This document shows, piece after piece, positions 26,739 to 36,771 of a stretch of 58,579 nucleotides of DNA. A program made the translations under genes and the position numbers. The DNA comes from a virus (lineage: Duplodnaviria > Caudoviricetes), in IMG/VR virus record IMGVR_UViG_3300020034_000014, positions 1 to 58,579 of that record, one strand, 5' to 3'. Below the pieces are notes generated by a model. It did no database searches, was not told where the DNA came from, and saw only the letters and a program-made list of their open reading frames with translations. Numbering within the stretch: position 1 is the first letter of the stretch; each line of letters starts with the position of its first letter.

Positions 26739-29505
26739 TCGCAAAAATCATATCCGCAATTTGCGCATCCGTTAGCGCCGGATCATACGGCAATCCGCAA
26801 CCGCGCCGCAGAATTTTACCTAGCAGTGCATCGTCAAGGTCACACAATTCTGCGAAGCCTATACCGCTCATTGTCTCGTATCCAGACAAGCCCAACAACA
26901 GGCCGAAAGTATCGCGCAGCAATGCACGCCCGCTAAAATACTTTGCAAAAATAAATTCTTGATCAGTCGGAAGCCTTAACGTAAACGTTCGCGCTGCGTC
27001 ACATCCAACGCCCGCCATTGCCACCAAGCCATTCGCGCAACCGACCGCCGCTTGATAAGGTATAGCACTGCACGCGGGCGCAGGCCCGCAACGTGCGCTT
27101 GCCGTCCATGTGCCTGCCGCTTCATCCCAAAATGGCGTGCCGTATGCAGTATATTTACCGTCTGCATTTTTCTGGTGAAAGCCCGCGCCGCCCCATTGCG
27201 TCCACCAAACCGAATCAATAGGCCCGCATGTGCCATCAGATAACGCTATGGTAATGTCGCGCCCGTTTTCGTTATAGCTCGCTGGTTGTGTCGGCCCGCG
27301 ACGGCCCAATGGTGCAATGTATGCATCGCTCACGGTTTGCGTTTGGATGTTAAGCGAGAACACGCAACCGCCGTGCGTTTCGCCCGTTGCATCCGTTGCA
27401 TAGCTAGAAGCGATCTGTAGAATATTCTTGCTATCCATCGCAAGCGATGCCGGATACCAGCAAGTGCCCACGCCTTGCGCCCCGGCGCGCTGGCGCAGCA
27501 TGGCGGGCGGAGTGTAATTCATTTCTGTAGACGATAACCCAAGCTTTCTAGGCATCGGCACCGGATTACGAAACACCGTTCGCACCATTTTGGTATTGTC
27601 GTTGAATTCTACAATGCGCCCGTTGTTGCGATCACTGCCATAGAATAAATGTTTCTGCACTTTGTCTTGCACGATATCCCATAGCCCATCAAAGCGCGCA
27701 GTGAGAAAGCTTCCATCACTATCGCCCTTCGTGCCATCGGCTGCACCGGCCCACACGGTAAACTTTGCCTTACCGCCCTTCGTCATCAATGGCGTAAGGT
27801 CACACTTGATAACGCGATTGTGGAACGTGTCCGCGATCAGAAACGTTTTCCAAAATAATTTAGGATCGTTGATATCGCCGTCGCGCGAGTCCCAACAAAA
27901 GCCCCACGCCTCAAGAAATCCTTTCACTGCTACCGCGTCCCAATCACCAATCAATTCAAATTCAAAATCTTTTACCGGGCGGTCATTGGGTTTGCGATCA
28001 CCGCCAATCGTAATAACGCGACCAACTTCATGAATGACGAAAAAATTACCTTGCGTGTTGAGTCCAAAGACTACGCCCGTTGATGGCGATACAAGCATCT
28101 TCCAAAAGTGCCCGCACGTTGCATGCCGTGCCTCGCCATTGCGCCCGGCAAGATCATCATTATTTTGGTCGTAATAATGGTATTGTTCAACTTCGTGAGT
28201 ATCTAAGTCACCGGATTCATTGATAGCCCAACTGCGCGCCCAGCCGTGCGCAATGGTCATCAGCAATTCGCGTGAATGAAATCCGTTCCATTGCACACCA
28301 AGGCCCGGCCCTTTTAATGGTAGCGTAGGAAATGGCGTCCGCTTGCGCTTAATGAAATTTCTTCCGCTATGCCGTGGCAACGTGCCCGGATAATCGATAT
28401 TGAAACTTTGCGCGTTTGGTTTGATGTTGCCATATTGCATATCATACCAAGGCATCGTTACGCGCGATGGTTGCGGCCCAAGCAACGGCGTATTATTGTT
28501 ATCAATCGTGATTTGATATTGCTCGCACCACATATTAATATTTTCGTGTATCGCACCCAAGTCGCCCGTTTGGTCAAACCATTGCAGCGTGTCAAGATTC
28601 GATTGCCACCATCCCGACAAGTTGCCCGGCGCGAATGTCGGCAATAACCAATCAGTGAACGGCACATTATTAAAAGTAAACTTCACGCGGCCAAACGGCA
28701 ACACCGCTTTACCGCCTTCCATTTGAATCTCAAGCTTGATTAGATTCTGACTGCCTTTGTATTTTTTAGACGGCCCTTGCCCGCGAACGTAGGAACTCCC
28801 TTTCGTCGGCGAATTTTTAATCCCGGCTTGCGGTTCAACCCAAAAAGCATACGGACTGCGTTGAACTGGTAGTAATGGTTTGGGCGGTAGTGGCGTGTAT
28901 GCGCCATTCTCAATATAAAATGTAACGCCTTTTGATAATCCAATCGGCGATGTGTCACCATTGGTAATTATCTGCACGCGATGCGGCGCAAAGTTTTTGA
29001 ATTTCGTTGTGTTGATAAAAAATGTATCTTTGTTCGCGGGCGTGCATGTTTGGGTTACGATGCCGTCTATCAGCAATTCCGCGAAGCCATCAATCCATCC
29101 CGGCGCATCAAACAACACTGGCACCACACCGCCGTATGTGCCCTCTTTGAAACTGCGAAACGTTACGATAGGATGCCCGCCTGTTGCTGGTGGCGGATCA
29201 ACGGGCGGAACATAAACGCAAGGCCGCTCACTTTCGCGTATCTCTGTCGCTTCACCAACGCACGGCGCACCGCCGCCCGATGATGGCGTCTTGACACTGC
29301 GCCGCCATACTTCGCGGTATGTCTGCATACCGTTAGGCTTGCACTGTCCTATAGGCTCAGCGCTCTCTAGCGCGAACGCGCCCCACTCGCAATTTACAAC
29401 GGGCGGAACTGGCGGCGCATCGTCGGTTATCGTCGCCTCACCATCAAAGGACTTTTTAGCACCGTCCACGTCCGCCGACCCGGTAAATTTAATTTTGGTA
29501 GTCAT
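26716..29505 (-). CDS. 929-aa protein with a thrombospondin type-1-like repeat and NHL-like beta-propeller
   Basis: VNCEW..C..G.Q..RRSVKTPSSGGGAPC..E.RPC between Pro-rich linkers; IADTFHNRV..WAG..GDSDG..ARF; SDRNNGRI. Confidence 0.65.
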   Translation of the reverse strand: MTTKIKFTGSADVDGAKKSFDGEATITDDAPPVPPVVNCEWGAFALESAEPIGQCKPNGMQTYREVWRRSVKTPSSGGGAPCVGEATEIRESERPCVYVPPVDPPPATGGHPIVTFRSFKEGTYGGVVPVLFDAPGWIDGFAELLIDGIVTQTCTPANKDTFFINTTKFKNFAPHRVQIITNGDTSPIGLSKGVTFYIENGAYTPLPPKPLLPVQRSPYAFWVEPQAGIKNSPTKGSSYVRGQGPSKKYKGSQNLIKLEIQMEGGKAVLPFGRVKFTFNNVPFTDWLLPTFAPGNLSGWWQSNLDTLQWFDQTGDLGAIHENINMWCEQYQITIDNNNTPLLGPQPSRVTMPWYDMQYGNIKPNAQSFNIDYPGTLPRHSGRNFIKRKRTPFPTLPLKGPGLGVQWNGFHSRELLMTIAHGWARSWAINESGDLDTHEVEQYHYYDQNNDDLAGRNGEARHATCGHFWKMLVSPSTGVVFGLNTQGNFFVIHEVGRVITIGGDRKPNDRPVKDFEFELIGDWDAVAVKGFLEAWGFCWDSRDGDINDPKLFWKTFLIADTFHNRVIKCDLTPLMTKGGKAKFTVWAGAADGTKGDSDGSFLTARFDGLWDIVQDKVQKHLFYGSDRNNGRIVEFNDNTKMVRTVFRNPVPMPRKLGLSSTEMNYTPPAMLRQRAGAQGVGTCWYPASLAMDSKNILQIASSYATDATGETHGGCVFSLNIQTQTVSDAYIAPLGRRGPTQPASYNENGRDITIALSDGTCGPIDSVWWTQWGGAGFHQKNADGKYTAYGTPFWDEAAGTWTASARCGPAPACSAIPYQAAVGCANGLVAMAGVGCDAARTFTLRLPTDQEFIFAKYFSGRALLRDTFGLLLGLSGYETMSGIGFAELCDLDDALLGKILRRGCGLPYDPALTDAQIADMIFAIKYGVND

Positions 29506-29591
29506 GTAATACCCCTATTGATAGTAAGGCGATAAGATCTTAAAAAGGCTCTAGGATGCGCTACGGCGTAAACGGCTAGGCGAGTGCCCAA

Positions 29592-29624
29592 ACAAAACGG
29601 GAGCGCCGCAAGGCACCCCCGTTT
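29592..29624 (-). terminator. Intrinsic terminator after the lysis-region genes
   Basis: Minus strand AAACGGGGGTGCC-TTGC-GGCGCTCCCGTTT followed by TGTTT. Confidence 0.65.
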
Positions 29625-29660
29625 AGTCACACTATACCCCATTGCCGACAGTCTTTAATG

Positions 29661-30179
29661 CTACCTGTTACGGCGTGATGTCGCTTGGGGATCAGGCACC
29701 GGATTTTCTGGATTCGGTGGCGCGTTTGGATCGACATTTTCATCGTCCAACACTTGCGCTTGCGTTGCCGCCGCAGTAGCCGCTTGTGCTACCGCTTCCG
29801 CTTTGTCGGCCTCGCCTTTCACATCGGCAATCACTTGATCGAATAGCGCGCTTTGATCTGGTGGCAGTCCGTTTTTGATGCGTTGAATATCTTCGGCAAT
29901 ATTAGTTAGCCGTGTTGAAAATTGCGTAAGCGTATCAACCAACTTTGTATTTGATGCGCCCATGCGTGTTGTGCTTTCCCTTACCGCGTCCGCCATTTCT
30001 TGCGCTGTGCGAGTTACCATTTTTGCATCCTTTTGAAATTGATTCAGATTTTTAATTAAGCGGGCGTATGGATTATCCCGCCGCCAAACTCTACGCCATA
30101 ATTCCATTGTCCAATCTGTAAGCGTGCCTAACATTAGTATGCCCTGTAATGATGTAAGCAAACGCTGCAAAAAATTCAA
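29661..30179 (-). CDS. Coiled-coil protein in the lysis region (possible spanin-like component)
   Basis: Long Ala-rich helix and Pro-rich tail; follows a lipoprotein. Confidence 0.45.
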   Translation of the reverse strand: MNFLQRLLTSLQGILMLGTLTDWTMELWRRVWRRDNPYARLIKNLNQFQKDAKMVTRTAQEMADAVRESTTRMGASNTKLVDTLTQFSTRLTNIAEDIQRIKNGLPPDQSALFDQVIADVKGEADKAEAVAQAATAAATQAQVLDDENVDPNAPPNPENPVPDPQATSRRNR

Positions 30180-30355
30180 CGCAAATTACCGATTATAGAA
30201 TCTTGCGTTTTAACCCGGCACTGTGAAAACGTTACCGAATAATTCATACCGTCACGCTCATATCTTACCTTGTCACATTGATCAATCGAAGGCATGCCAA
30301 CACAACCGGCGATCAATGGAACCATCACTATACACAGCGCGATAACTTTTTTCAT
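30176..30355 (-). CDS. 59-aa lipoprotein (o-spanin-like); not in the ORF track
   Basis: Hand translation MKKVIALCIVMVPLIAGC-VGMPSIDQC..; lipobox IAGC; 4-nt overlaps on both sides. Confidence 0.65.
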   Translation of the reverse strand: MKKVIALCIVMVPLIAGCVGMPSIDQCDKVRYERDGMNYSVTFSQCRVKTQDSIIGNLR

Positions 30356-30735
30356 GGCGATGCCTTTCTATCTGTTGATCGACTCAGCCGCCCGCGAAAC
30401 TTTAAAGCCGCCTTGCATGACTGTATGCGAATGATCACATGACGCAATAGAAAGAAAGCGACACCGCACATGATCATAACGTTAGCCCGTGAAAATCGGT
30501 AATCATACTCACCAAGCAAATATTCCATGACAATAATCAAACAGCCCAACGCGACAGAGAACAGCGCCAGCTTGCCTAAGATACCATCATTATAATGCGG
30601 CCACAAACAAAGAAACATTGCGAGAAAAAACATCACCGTTAGCGCCGCGAGCATGGCTAATTGATACCACGTTGACGCGCCAAGAATATCAACCGCTTGC
30701 GCAACGTATGAAAATACATTTTCCAGATATTCCAT
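30352..30735 (-). CDS. Multi-TM membrane protein (holin/antiholin-like)
   Basis: Three hydrophobic helices and a basic C-terminus. Confidence 0.6.
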   Translation of the reverse strand: MEYLENVFSYVAQAVDILGASTWYQLAMLAALTVMFFLAMFLCLWPHYNDGILGKLALFSVALGCLIIVMEYLLGEYDYRFSRANVMIMCGVAFFLLRHVIIRIQSCKAALKFRGRLSRSTDRKASP

Positions 30736-31076
30736 TAATCACTTTTCTTTTCAGCGCCCGACCATTTGCGGAATACGTCCCCGACTATCACGGCAAGTTT
30801 AGTTTCGCGAATCGCATCAGTCACCGAAGACATTAACGACACGCCAAAAATCCCAAGCACAAATGATACGCCTTGCTCGACTGGTGCGCTCAGCCCTTGC
30901 CATGACGCAATCGATGGCGTTGTTTGGATGGCGATAAACCAGCCATACAGCACATAGAATACACCATCAACGAAGCCCGTAGGTTTGATGTAGCGAAGCG
31001 ACACCAGCGCGCCAAGAAACCCGGCGACAAGCACCGCCTTTTTCGCACCGAACAACCCAATCATGAACGCTTCCAA
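30735..31076 (-). CDS. Holin-like membrane protein
   Basis: AGFLGALVSL..SFVLGIFG with three TM segments, after the tail genes. Confidence 0.65.
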   Translation of the reverse strand: MEAFMIGLFGAKKAVLVAGFLGALVSLRYIKPTGFVDGVFYVLYGWFIAIQTTPSIASWQGLSAPVEQGVSFVLGIFGVSLMSSVTDAIRETKLAVIVGDVFRKWSGAEKKSD

Positions 31077-31084
31077 TCACTACC

Positions 31085-31318
31085 CTATACAAAATAAGTC
31101 TTGATTGATTCCTGCCGCGCGATGCGCGATACAACGATGCCGTTGCGAATCGAAACGTTGTGACCTACTAGATATTCTACCGCGTCAACTATCTTGCATT
31201 CAAAGATTCCCGCAGGCGTCTTGACACGCGCGACTGTGCCATCGATGGCGACAATTTCGCCTAGCTGTTGCTCTGCATCGCCTGCTAGTTCCGCCTTGAG
31301 TAACGTTACTGGATTCAT
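31085..31318 (-). CDS. Small tail-tip protein
   Basis: GEIVAIDGTVARV..GHNVSIRNG beta-barrel pattern after the tail hub gene. Confidence 0.6.
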   Translation of the reverse strand: MNPVTLLKAELAGDAEQQLGEIVAIDGTVARVKTPAGIFECKIVDAVEYLVGHNVSIRNGIVVSRIARQESIKTYFV

Positions 31319-33760
31319 CTATGCCCCATCGTAGAAGCCCGAAGGTCGCTTGATATTCAGCGATGTAATCAACTCAACATGACCTAACCCCGCGCGTGAT
31401 GCCGTGTGCGTGATGCCTTCGATTTTACCAAACCATTGCGCAGCAATTGCACTATCGAAGAATTGCGCTATCTGCCCGGTTCGCAAACCATCGCGATAGC
31501 GCGCCTCTATATCCACGTCTTGCAAGCCGCGCGTTTGGCGGTCCAATTCGTTGCGCCCGCGTTGAATGGCGACACTCACACTACCAATCAACGGATCAAT
31601 AATATCATCACCGCGCCGCGATCCGTTGCCGCGTTGAACCATGATATCAACTAGCGCGCCGCTTGTAGGCGTGTCGGGATTATCCGGCTCATAGGCCACA
31701 ATCTGTAACTGAGCATCAAGAAAAGCAAATACATTATAACCAAGATAGCGAGAGAAATAATTAATCCTTGCCAGAGTTTCACCAGCAACAGAAAATAAAA
31801 TTTGTTCATCGTATGGCGCATGTGTCGGCGTGCCCAAGTTCCGGTCTATATAATCAACCGATGAAAGCGAATAGATTGGTTTAGATACGCGTGCTTCGCC
31901 CTTCACTACTTCCACAACTTCACTTAGGAACTCGGCAACACCGCCTGTAAACGAAATGATTGCTTTGCCTGCAAACAACGAATTGTCCAACACGAAATTA
32001 TTGCGCCACGGACGCGGATAGATTCTAAGGAAACCATTCGCGGGTTTATTTTCGTCTTGCGTGAACTCCATAATATCGCTACCGCTATCACCCGAAGCAT
32101 TCGCCGCGCTATCCAAGATGCGCAACGCATTTGCGAACTGTGGCAATACCGGCTGTTCCGATGAACTGAAACGATCATCGATATCATTATAGACGTGATC
32201 CGCAGTAGCAACACCATACGCAGGCACCGACACCGGGAAGTCATAGCGTATGCGAATATGCCCATCAGGATCACTCATCACAACCGCGCCCGCTGCCGCT
32301 GCAATCTGTTGCAACACGCGTAAAGGCGTTTGACCTGTTGAACCGATGCGCCCCGCAGGTATCGCCCAATGAATAACTTCCCACGTAGTATCCCCGAACA
32401 AATCGCCTAGCAGAATTGGGAGCAATTCAACCGTTGTATAAACTTGCGTAGATAGATCAATCGTCAACGGGCGGGCGCGCGGTTCCGCGAGCATGGCAAC
32501 TTTACTTATACCGCGCACCGTTGCATTGATTGCCACCATTCCCGAACGGCTTAGCGATTTGCCGTCAATGATAAAATTGTAAGTCTCTGCACCAATCAAC
32601 ACCGAAAAAGATTTATCCGCCGTGAACAATACATAGTCTGCGACGTTAAGCAATTGCATATCACATACCCATGCATATTGCCCATCCGCGCTATTAACGT
32701 TAAAGCTTTCTAATTCAACCTGCACACCGCCGACGATGGCAATGGGTTTATAGTTCGTTAAGAATTTCGTGTTTTCATCAAACAGCGAATAGACGATATC
32801 AAAATTTTTCTTTAGCGTGTTCGTTGCTTTGATATCGTAAACAATATCGAAATCTTTTCGTATGACATCTTTGAACGATGCGGCCAGATCAAACGATTTT
32901 GTGATTAGCCCGCTGAATGCGCCGTCAATGTCAACGTGTAACTCGTGCCGCCACGATCCGGCGATATCAAAATGCTTTGTGATAATCGACCCCGGCCCGC
33001 CGCCTATGTCAGATTCCGCATGTATCATCGTGAAACGTAAACTTGTCGGCGTGCTACCCGCCGCCGCAGCCGGAAATAATATACCGGCGTTATCCGGCGC
33101 AATCGATGGGCGGCCCAAGGGATCAGTCAATACCAAATCTATAAGAATGTCTGAATTGATATGATCGACAACAGTAAATCGCCGCTGCACGTCGCCCGGC
33201 TCATATGCCCAAAGTATTGTTACATCAACATTTACAACTGTGCCGGGCGGTAATGGATTGGGCACCGTCGCCAATGCGAGCCTTTGTTCATCCGGCCCGG
33301 ACGTTGCCGACGGCCCATCGTAAGACGCGCCAATATAAATTACAGTATTGCTACCGGCTTCGTCTGCGATTAAAAATAACGTTGCGGATTCGCCCTGTTC
33401 ATCAACGCCCGGAGATACGATGCTACGAAAACTAAACGGATTGAATAACTGTAAGAAAGATTCTGCGCCCGGAAAATAATTATCAGTGCCTTGCATATCT
33501 GACAGCAAATCATTGATGGTTAGCTGCACATGCAATGAATGCACATCGGGCAATGGTTCGGCAAGCGCATTTTCAATTCTGTATGCTGCTTGAGTATCGC
33601 CAAGTTCCAAGCCCGAAGGGTCAGCAATGCGCGGCTCAGCGCCCGGCGATGGCTCAGAGCCAAACGCTTGCGAGTTTAGAAAAAAGCCATCTTCCGGCGC
33701 GTAATCAAGTAACGTATCGCCCGGCGTGCCCGCGAACGTTGCATCTAAAAATGTTGGCAT
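31319..33760 (-). CDS. Tail tip/hub protein
   Basis: TPLRVLQQIAAAAGAVVMSDPDG; DIIDPLI..AIQRGRNEL; position after the tape measure gene. Confidence 0.7.
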   Translation of the reverse strand: MPTFLDATFAGTPGDTLLDYAPEDGFFLNSQAFGSEPSPGAEPRIADPSGLELGDTQAAYRIENALAEPLPDVHSLHVQLTINDLLSDMQGTDNYFPGAESFLQLFNPFSFRSIVSPGVDEQGESATLFLIADEAGSNTVIYIGASYDGPSATSGPDEQRLALATVPNPLPPGTVVNVDVTILWAYEPGDVQRRFTVVDHINSDILIDLVLTDPLGRPSIAPDNAGILFPAAAAGSTPTSLRFTMIHAESDIGGGPGSIITKHFDIAGSWRHELHVDIDGAFSGLITKSFDLAASFKDVIRKDFDIVYDIKATNTLKKNFDIVYSLFDENTKFLTNYKPIAIVGGVQVELESFNVNSADGQYAWVCDMQLLNVADYVLFTADKSFSVLIGAETYNFIIDGKSLSRSGMVAINATVRGISKVAMLAEPRARPLTIDLSTQVYTTVELLPILLGDLFGDTTWEVIHWAIPAGRIGSTGQTPLRVLQQIAAAAGAVVMSDPDGHIRIRYDFPVSVPAYGVATADHVYNDIDDRFSSSEQPVLPQFANALRILDSAANASGDSGSDIMEFTQDENKPANGFLRIYPRPWRNNFVLDNSLFAGKAIISFTGGVAEFLSEVVEVVKGEARVSKPIYSLSSVDYIDRNLGTPTHAPYDEQILFSVAGETLARINYFSRYLGYNVFAFLDAQLQIVAYEPDNPDTPTSGALVDIMVQRGNGSRRGDDIIDPLIGSVSVAIQRGRNELDRQTRGLQDVDIEARYRDGLRTGQIAQFFDSAIAAQWFGKIEGITHTASRAGLGHVELITSLNIKRPSGFYDGA

Positions 33761-33761
33761 G

Positions 33762-35816
33762 TTATGACCGCCCTATAAAGGCAATGATTCTTTCCCGCTG
33801 TGTATCGTTATACCCGCCCGTGCGAATGGGCACGCCATCAGTGCGCCGCGCATAATTCAAACGTTGGTCATTTGGCGTTAGTTCCACCAACACATCAAGC
33901 AAATTCCCGTGCATCGTTTGATTTTGCGTATCGTTTTTTGCTTTTGTTAATGGCGCTAATGGTGGCGGAAGCGCCGCAGGATGAAACAAATCGACTAGCC
34001 CGGTATTTGTAATTGCATTCGCAACAGCGGTAACGCCATAACTCAAAACATTTTTTCCGATGATGTATTGCCCATACGGAAAATACGCGACGCTTGGCGT
34101 AGTGGCTCCCGGTATGCCGCCAATGCCCGGCCCGGCAGAACCGCTATGCACATCAACTTTTGGCTCCCATGTGCCTGTTCCCGATAGTCTTGCGCCTGTT
34201 TGATTCATTTTCGTTGTGCCGCCAACTGTCGCACGATTGCCGCTAGTTACGCTTGATTCGGCCTGTTGAAACCCAAACGTAAACATGCATTCGCGATCTT
34301 CTACGCTCAGCAGACACGCATGCGTTACGCGCGTAAGTGTTGACGATCCGGTTTGTGTTTCGACATAAGCTTGGTCCTCGAAAGCATCCGTAACAGAGTA
34401 AAGCCCGGCATCACCGTTGCAGTCCGGTCCCGGTATATTTATATTTCGCACAAAGTCGGGCGGGTTACTTGTCGCGCCTTTTGAAACGCCAACTGTGATA
34501 TCGAAAATATCAACGATGGTTTGCAACGCTTGCGAACCGGGAAAAACAAACCCAACGCCAAAGGGTGTTTGCGTCACGCCCGCCGTTGCGTCGCCACCAT
34601 AAGACGGCGCGGTTCCCTTACTATAGTTACCTAGTTGACAATGCGCCGTGGTATTTATCGGAGTCGTTACCCATCCCGCAGTCCCGCCACCACTAAACGG
34701 CGTGCGCGTTGTTTCCGCGTCACGATGATAATAAACAATGAATTCGGTATCATCATTGTAGTGAACGTGAATCGGCGCATGGATCAACCCGGTAATATCA
34801 GGCTGTGGTGTTTCCAAATGCACCGTGCCTGCTGCGCGTGAAGTATATTTATATTTTGTTAAATCCCCGGACACTTCTGAAAACGGAACATACATTCTAT
34901 GATCAACGTTACCCCGATTCATTATAAAAAGTTTTTCTGCATCAGGGTTTGATAACGTAGCAGTCAAAGACAAATTACTAATATCACTCCCCGTTGTGCC
35001 AAACTCCAACTTATAACGATTCACGCGCATCAATTCAGCCGTGGCGATATCACGGTTTAATTCGTTAGGATCACTCAACGCCTGAAACACGCGCCGCCCT
35101 ACAATGTTTTGTGCTTCGTGTCCGCTCTTACTGAATGCCCATCCATACGCTTCATAGAATGGCGATTGATCACCATCAGGGAAACCGGAACCACCATATA
35201 TTTTTTCAACGCCCGGCAGCGCAACACTAAAGGCCCAAGCCAAATCTAAATTTGAATTCGTTGACGGCCCCGGAAATGCAATACTTGAATAATATGGAAA
35301 CAATGAACTGGGCTTTAACGATTTTGTTATGCTGTTCGATTCCAAAAATTGGACCGGCGCAGTGTAGATACCTTTGTCCGCGCCCGTGGTAATTATTTCC
35401 ACTACCCAATACTTATTTTTTGGCGTGCCCAATGGTGGCGGTAAGACTGTCGCCTTGCACACTATGCCATGCGTCTTTGTATACGTTGAATGGAATGGAG
35501 ATTCCTCGCCGCGCCCGTGGAACTGTGCGACAGTTAAACGCATGCGACCCGTGAAACGCGCGGATGCTTTTGTATAGCGTTGCGCGTCGCGCAATTGCAA
35601 CGGCACCTTATAATTTTTTGTCTTCACCGCTGTTTCAGGATCAGGGCGCGGTAGCCCATCAATCGGCGTTATTTCTTCGTCACCGCCATTTGTAAAATGT
35701 GCGAAGTATTGCGAACCGCTGCGCAGCAATAAAAAATCTTTGCCCGGCGAATAATGAAATTCAACAATGCGATTGAACGGAAGCCCGTTACCTGTTGCTT
35801 CCCAAGTCTCAGCCAT
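33762..35816 (-). CDS. Tail-associated structural protein
   Basis: 684-aa beta-rich ORF in the tail module. Confidence 0.6.
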   Translation of the reverse strand: MAETWEATGNGLPFNRIVEFHYSPGKDFLLLRSGSQYFAHFTNGGDEEITPIDGLPRPDPETAVKTKNYKVPLQLRDAQRYTKASARFTGRMRLTVAQFHGRGEESPFHSTYTKTHGIVCKATVLPPPLGTPKNKYWVVEIITTGADKGIYTAPVQFLESNSITKSLKPSSLFPYYSSIAFPGPSTNSNLDLAWAFSVALPGVEKIYGGSGFPDGDQSPFYEAYGWAFSKSGHEAQNIVGRRVFQALSDPNELNRDIATAELMRVNRYKLEFGTTGSDISNLSLTATLSNPDAEKLFIMNRGNVDHRMYVPFSEVSGDLTKYKYTSRAAGTVHLETPQPDITGLIHAPIHVHYNDDTEFIVYYHRDAETTRTPFSGGGTAGWVTTPINTTAHCQLGNYSKGTAPSYGGDATAGVTQTPFGVGFVFPGSQALQTIVDIFDITVGVSKGATSNPPDFVRNINIPGPDCNGDAGLYSVTDAFEDQAYVETQTGSSTLTRVTHACLLSVEDRECMFTFGFQQAESSVTSGNRATVGGTTKMNQTGARLSGTGTWEPKVDVHSGSAGPGIGGIPGATTPSVAYFPYGQYIIGKNVLSYGVTAVANAITNTGLVDLFHPAALPPPLAPLTKAKNDTQNQTMHGNLLDVLVELTPNDQRLNYARRTDGVPIRTGGYNDTQRERIIAFIGRS

Positions 35817-35825
35817 GATGCGCCA

Positions 35826-36767
35826 CTACTGACAACCGAAGCCGCGCCCGGCAATTAGATTTAGTGCGCGCTGTTTCAACGCTGGCGAAATATTTCCACC
35901 GGGGGGCGTGGTAATACACGTTTTCACCGGCTTATAGTTAGTATCGGAATCATACGGGCGCAATGTTTGCACAGTGTATGTGCGTGAATACCCACGCCCA
36001 TTTGCATCCATGAAACCCACTTCATGCACGCGCTGCGTCTTTAACGATGTTGCTGGATCAATTATCGTTGTGCTGCCCGGATAGTTTCCATCGGTAGGAT
36101 AGTTAGGCGGTAGCTCGTATTCGCCTTCTGGCGTAGCAACGCTATACGATACCAAACGGTATAACTCTATTTGCCAGTCGCCCGTATTAATGTCTACCGG
36201 CTGCACTTGGTATATAAGCATTTCTTTTGTTGGTGGAAAAAATGCCGCAATCACGCCAAACGTTTTTGTTGTGCCGCCGCCCGGTAGATTATTAGTCACC
36301 GGCCTATAAGTGAAGCGCTGCCCGGATGTAACGTAATCAGTATAGGCTATGGCTGCATAAATCTTTTTATCTGATACCACTTGCCCGAATGCATCGGTGC
36401 GAATGTTTGCGGTAGTCGGTAATCCATTTTCATCAAATGCAAAAAGCGTTGTCAACGTCGGACTAGAATATTGCGGGCGTCGCGGTAACGATACCGACTG
36501 ACTGCCACTAAATGTAATCGTGCCGCCCGGCACAAAAATGGGAATAATATCGCCGCGTTGAATTTCGCCAATGTTTGAAACCAATTGAATGCGAAGATCA
36601 GCCGGGAACAATACCAAGTGGACATTGCCATCAGCAGGGACCGCGCCTTCGTAGCCTTCGATAGCAAGGTTTGCTGCTGCGACTGAATCGCCGTTTTCAT
36701 CTATCCCCGGCGAAGTCGGGCGCGGGAATTGCGCGACTAGGTATGCGCGTATCTGTTGCTCACTCAC
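35826..36767 (-). CDS. Tail-associated structural protein
   Basis: Thr/Pro-rich ORF in the tail module. Confidence 0.6.
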   Translation of the reverse strand: MSEQQIRAYLVAQFPRPTSPGIDENGDSVAAANLAIEGYEGAVPADGNVHLVLFPADLRIQLVSNIGEIQRGDIIPIFVPGGTITFSGSQSVSLPRRPQYSSPTLTTLFAFDENGLPTTANIRTDAFGQVVSDKKIYAAIAYTDYVTSGQRFTYRPVTNNLPGGGTTKTFGVIAAFFPPTKEMLIYQVQPVDINTGDWQIELYRLVSYSVATPEGEYELPPNYPTDGNYPGSTTIIDPATSLKTQRVHEVGFMDANGRGYSRTYTVQTLRPYDSDTNYKPVKTCITTPPGGNISPALKQRALNLIAGRGFGCQ

Positions 36768-36771
36768 AAAA

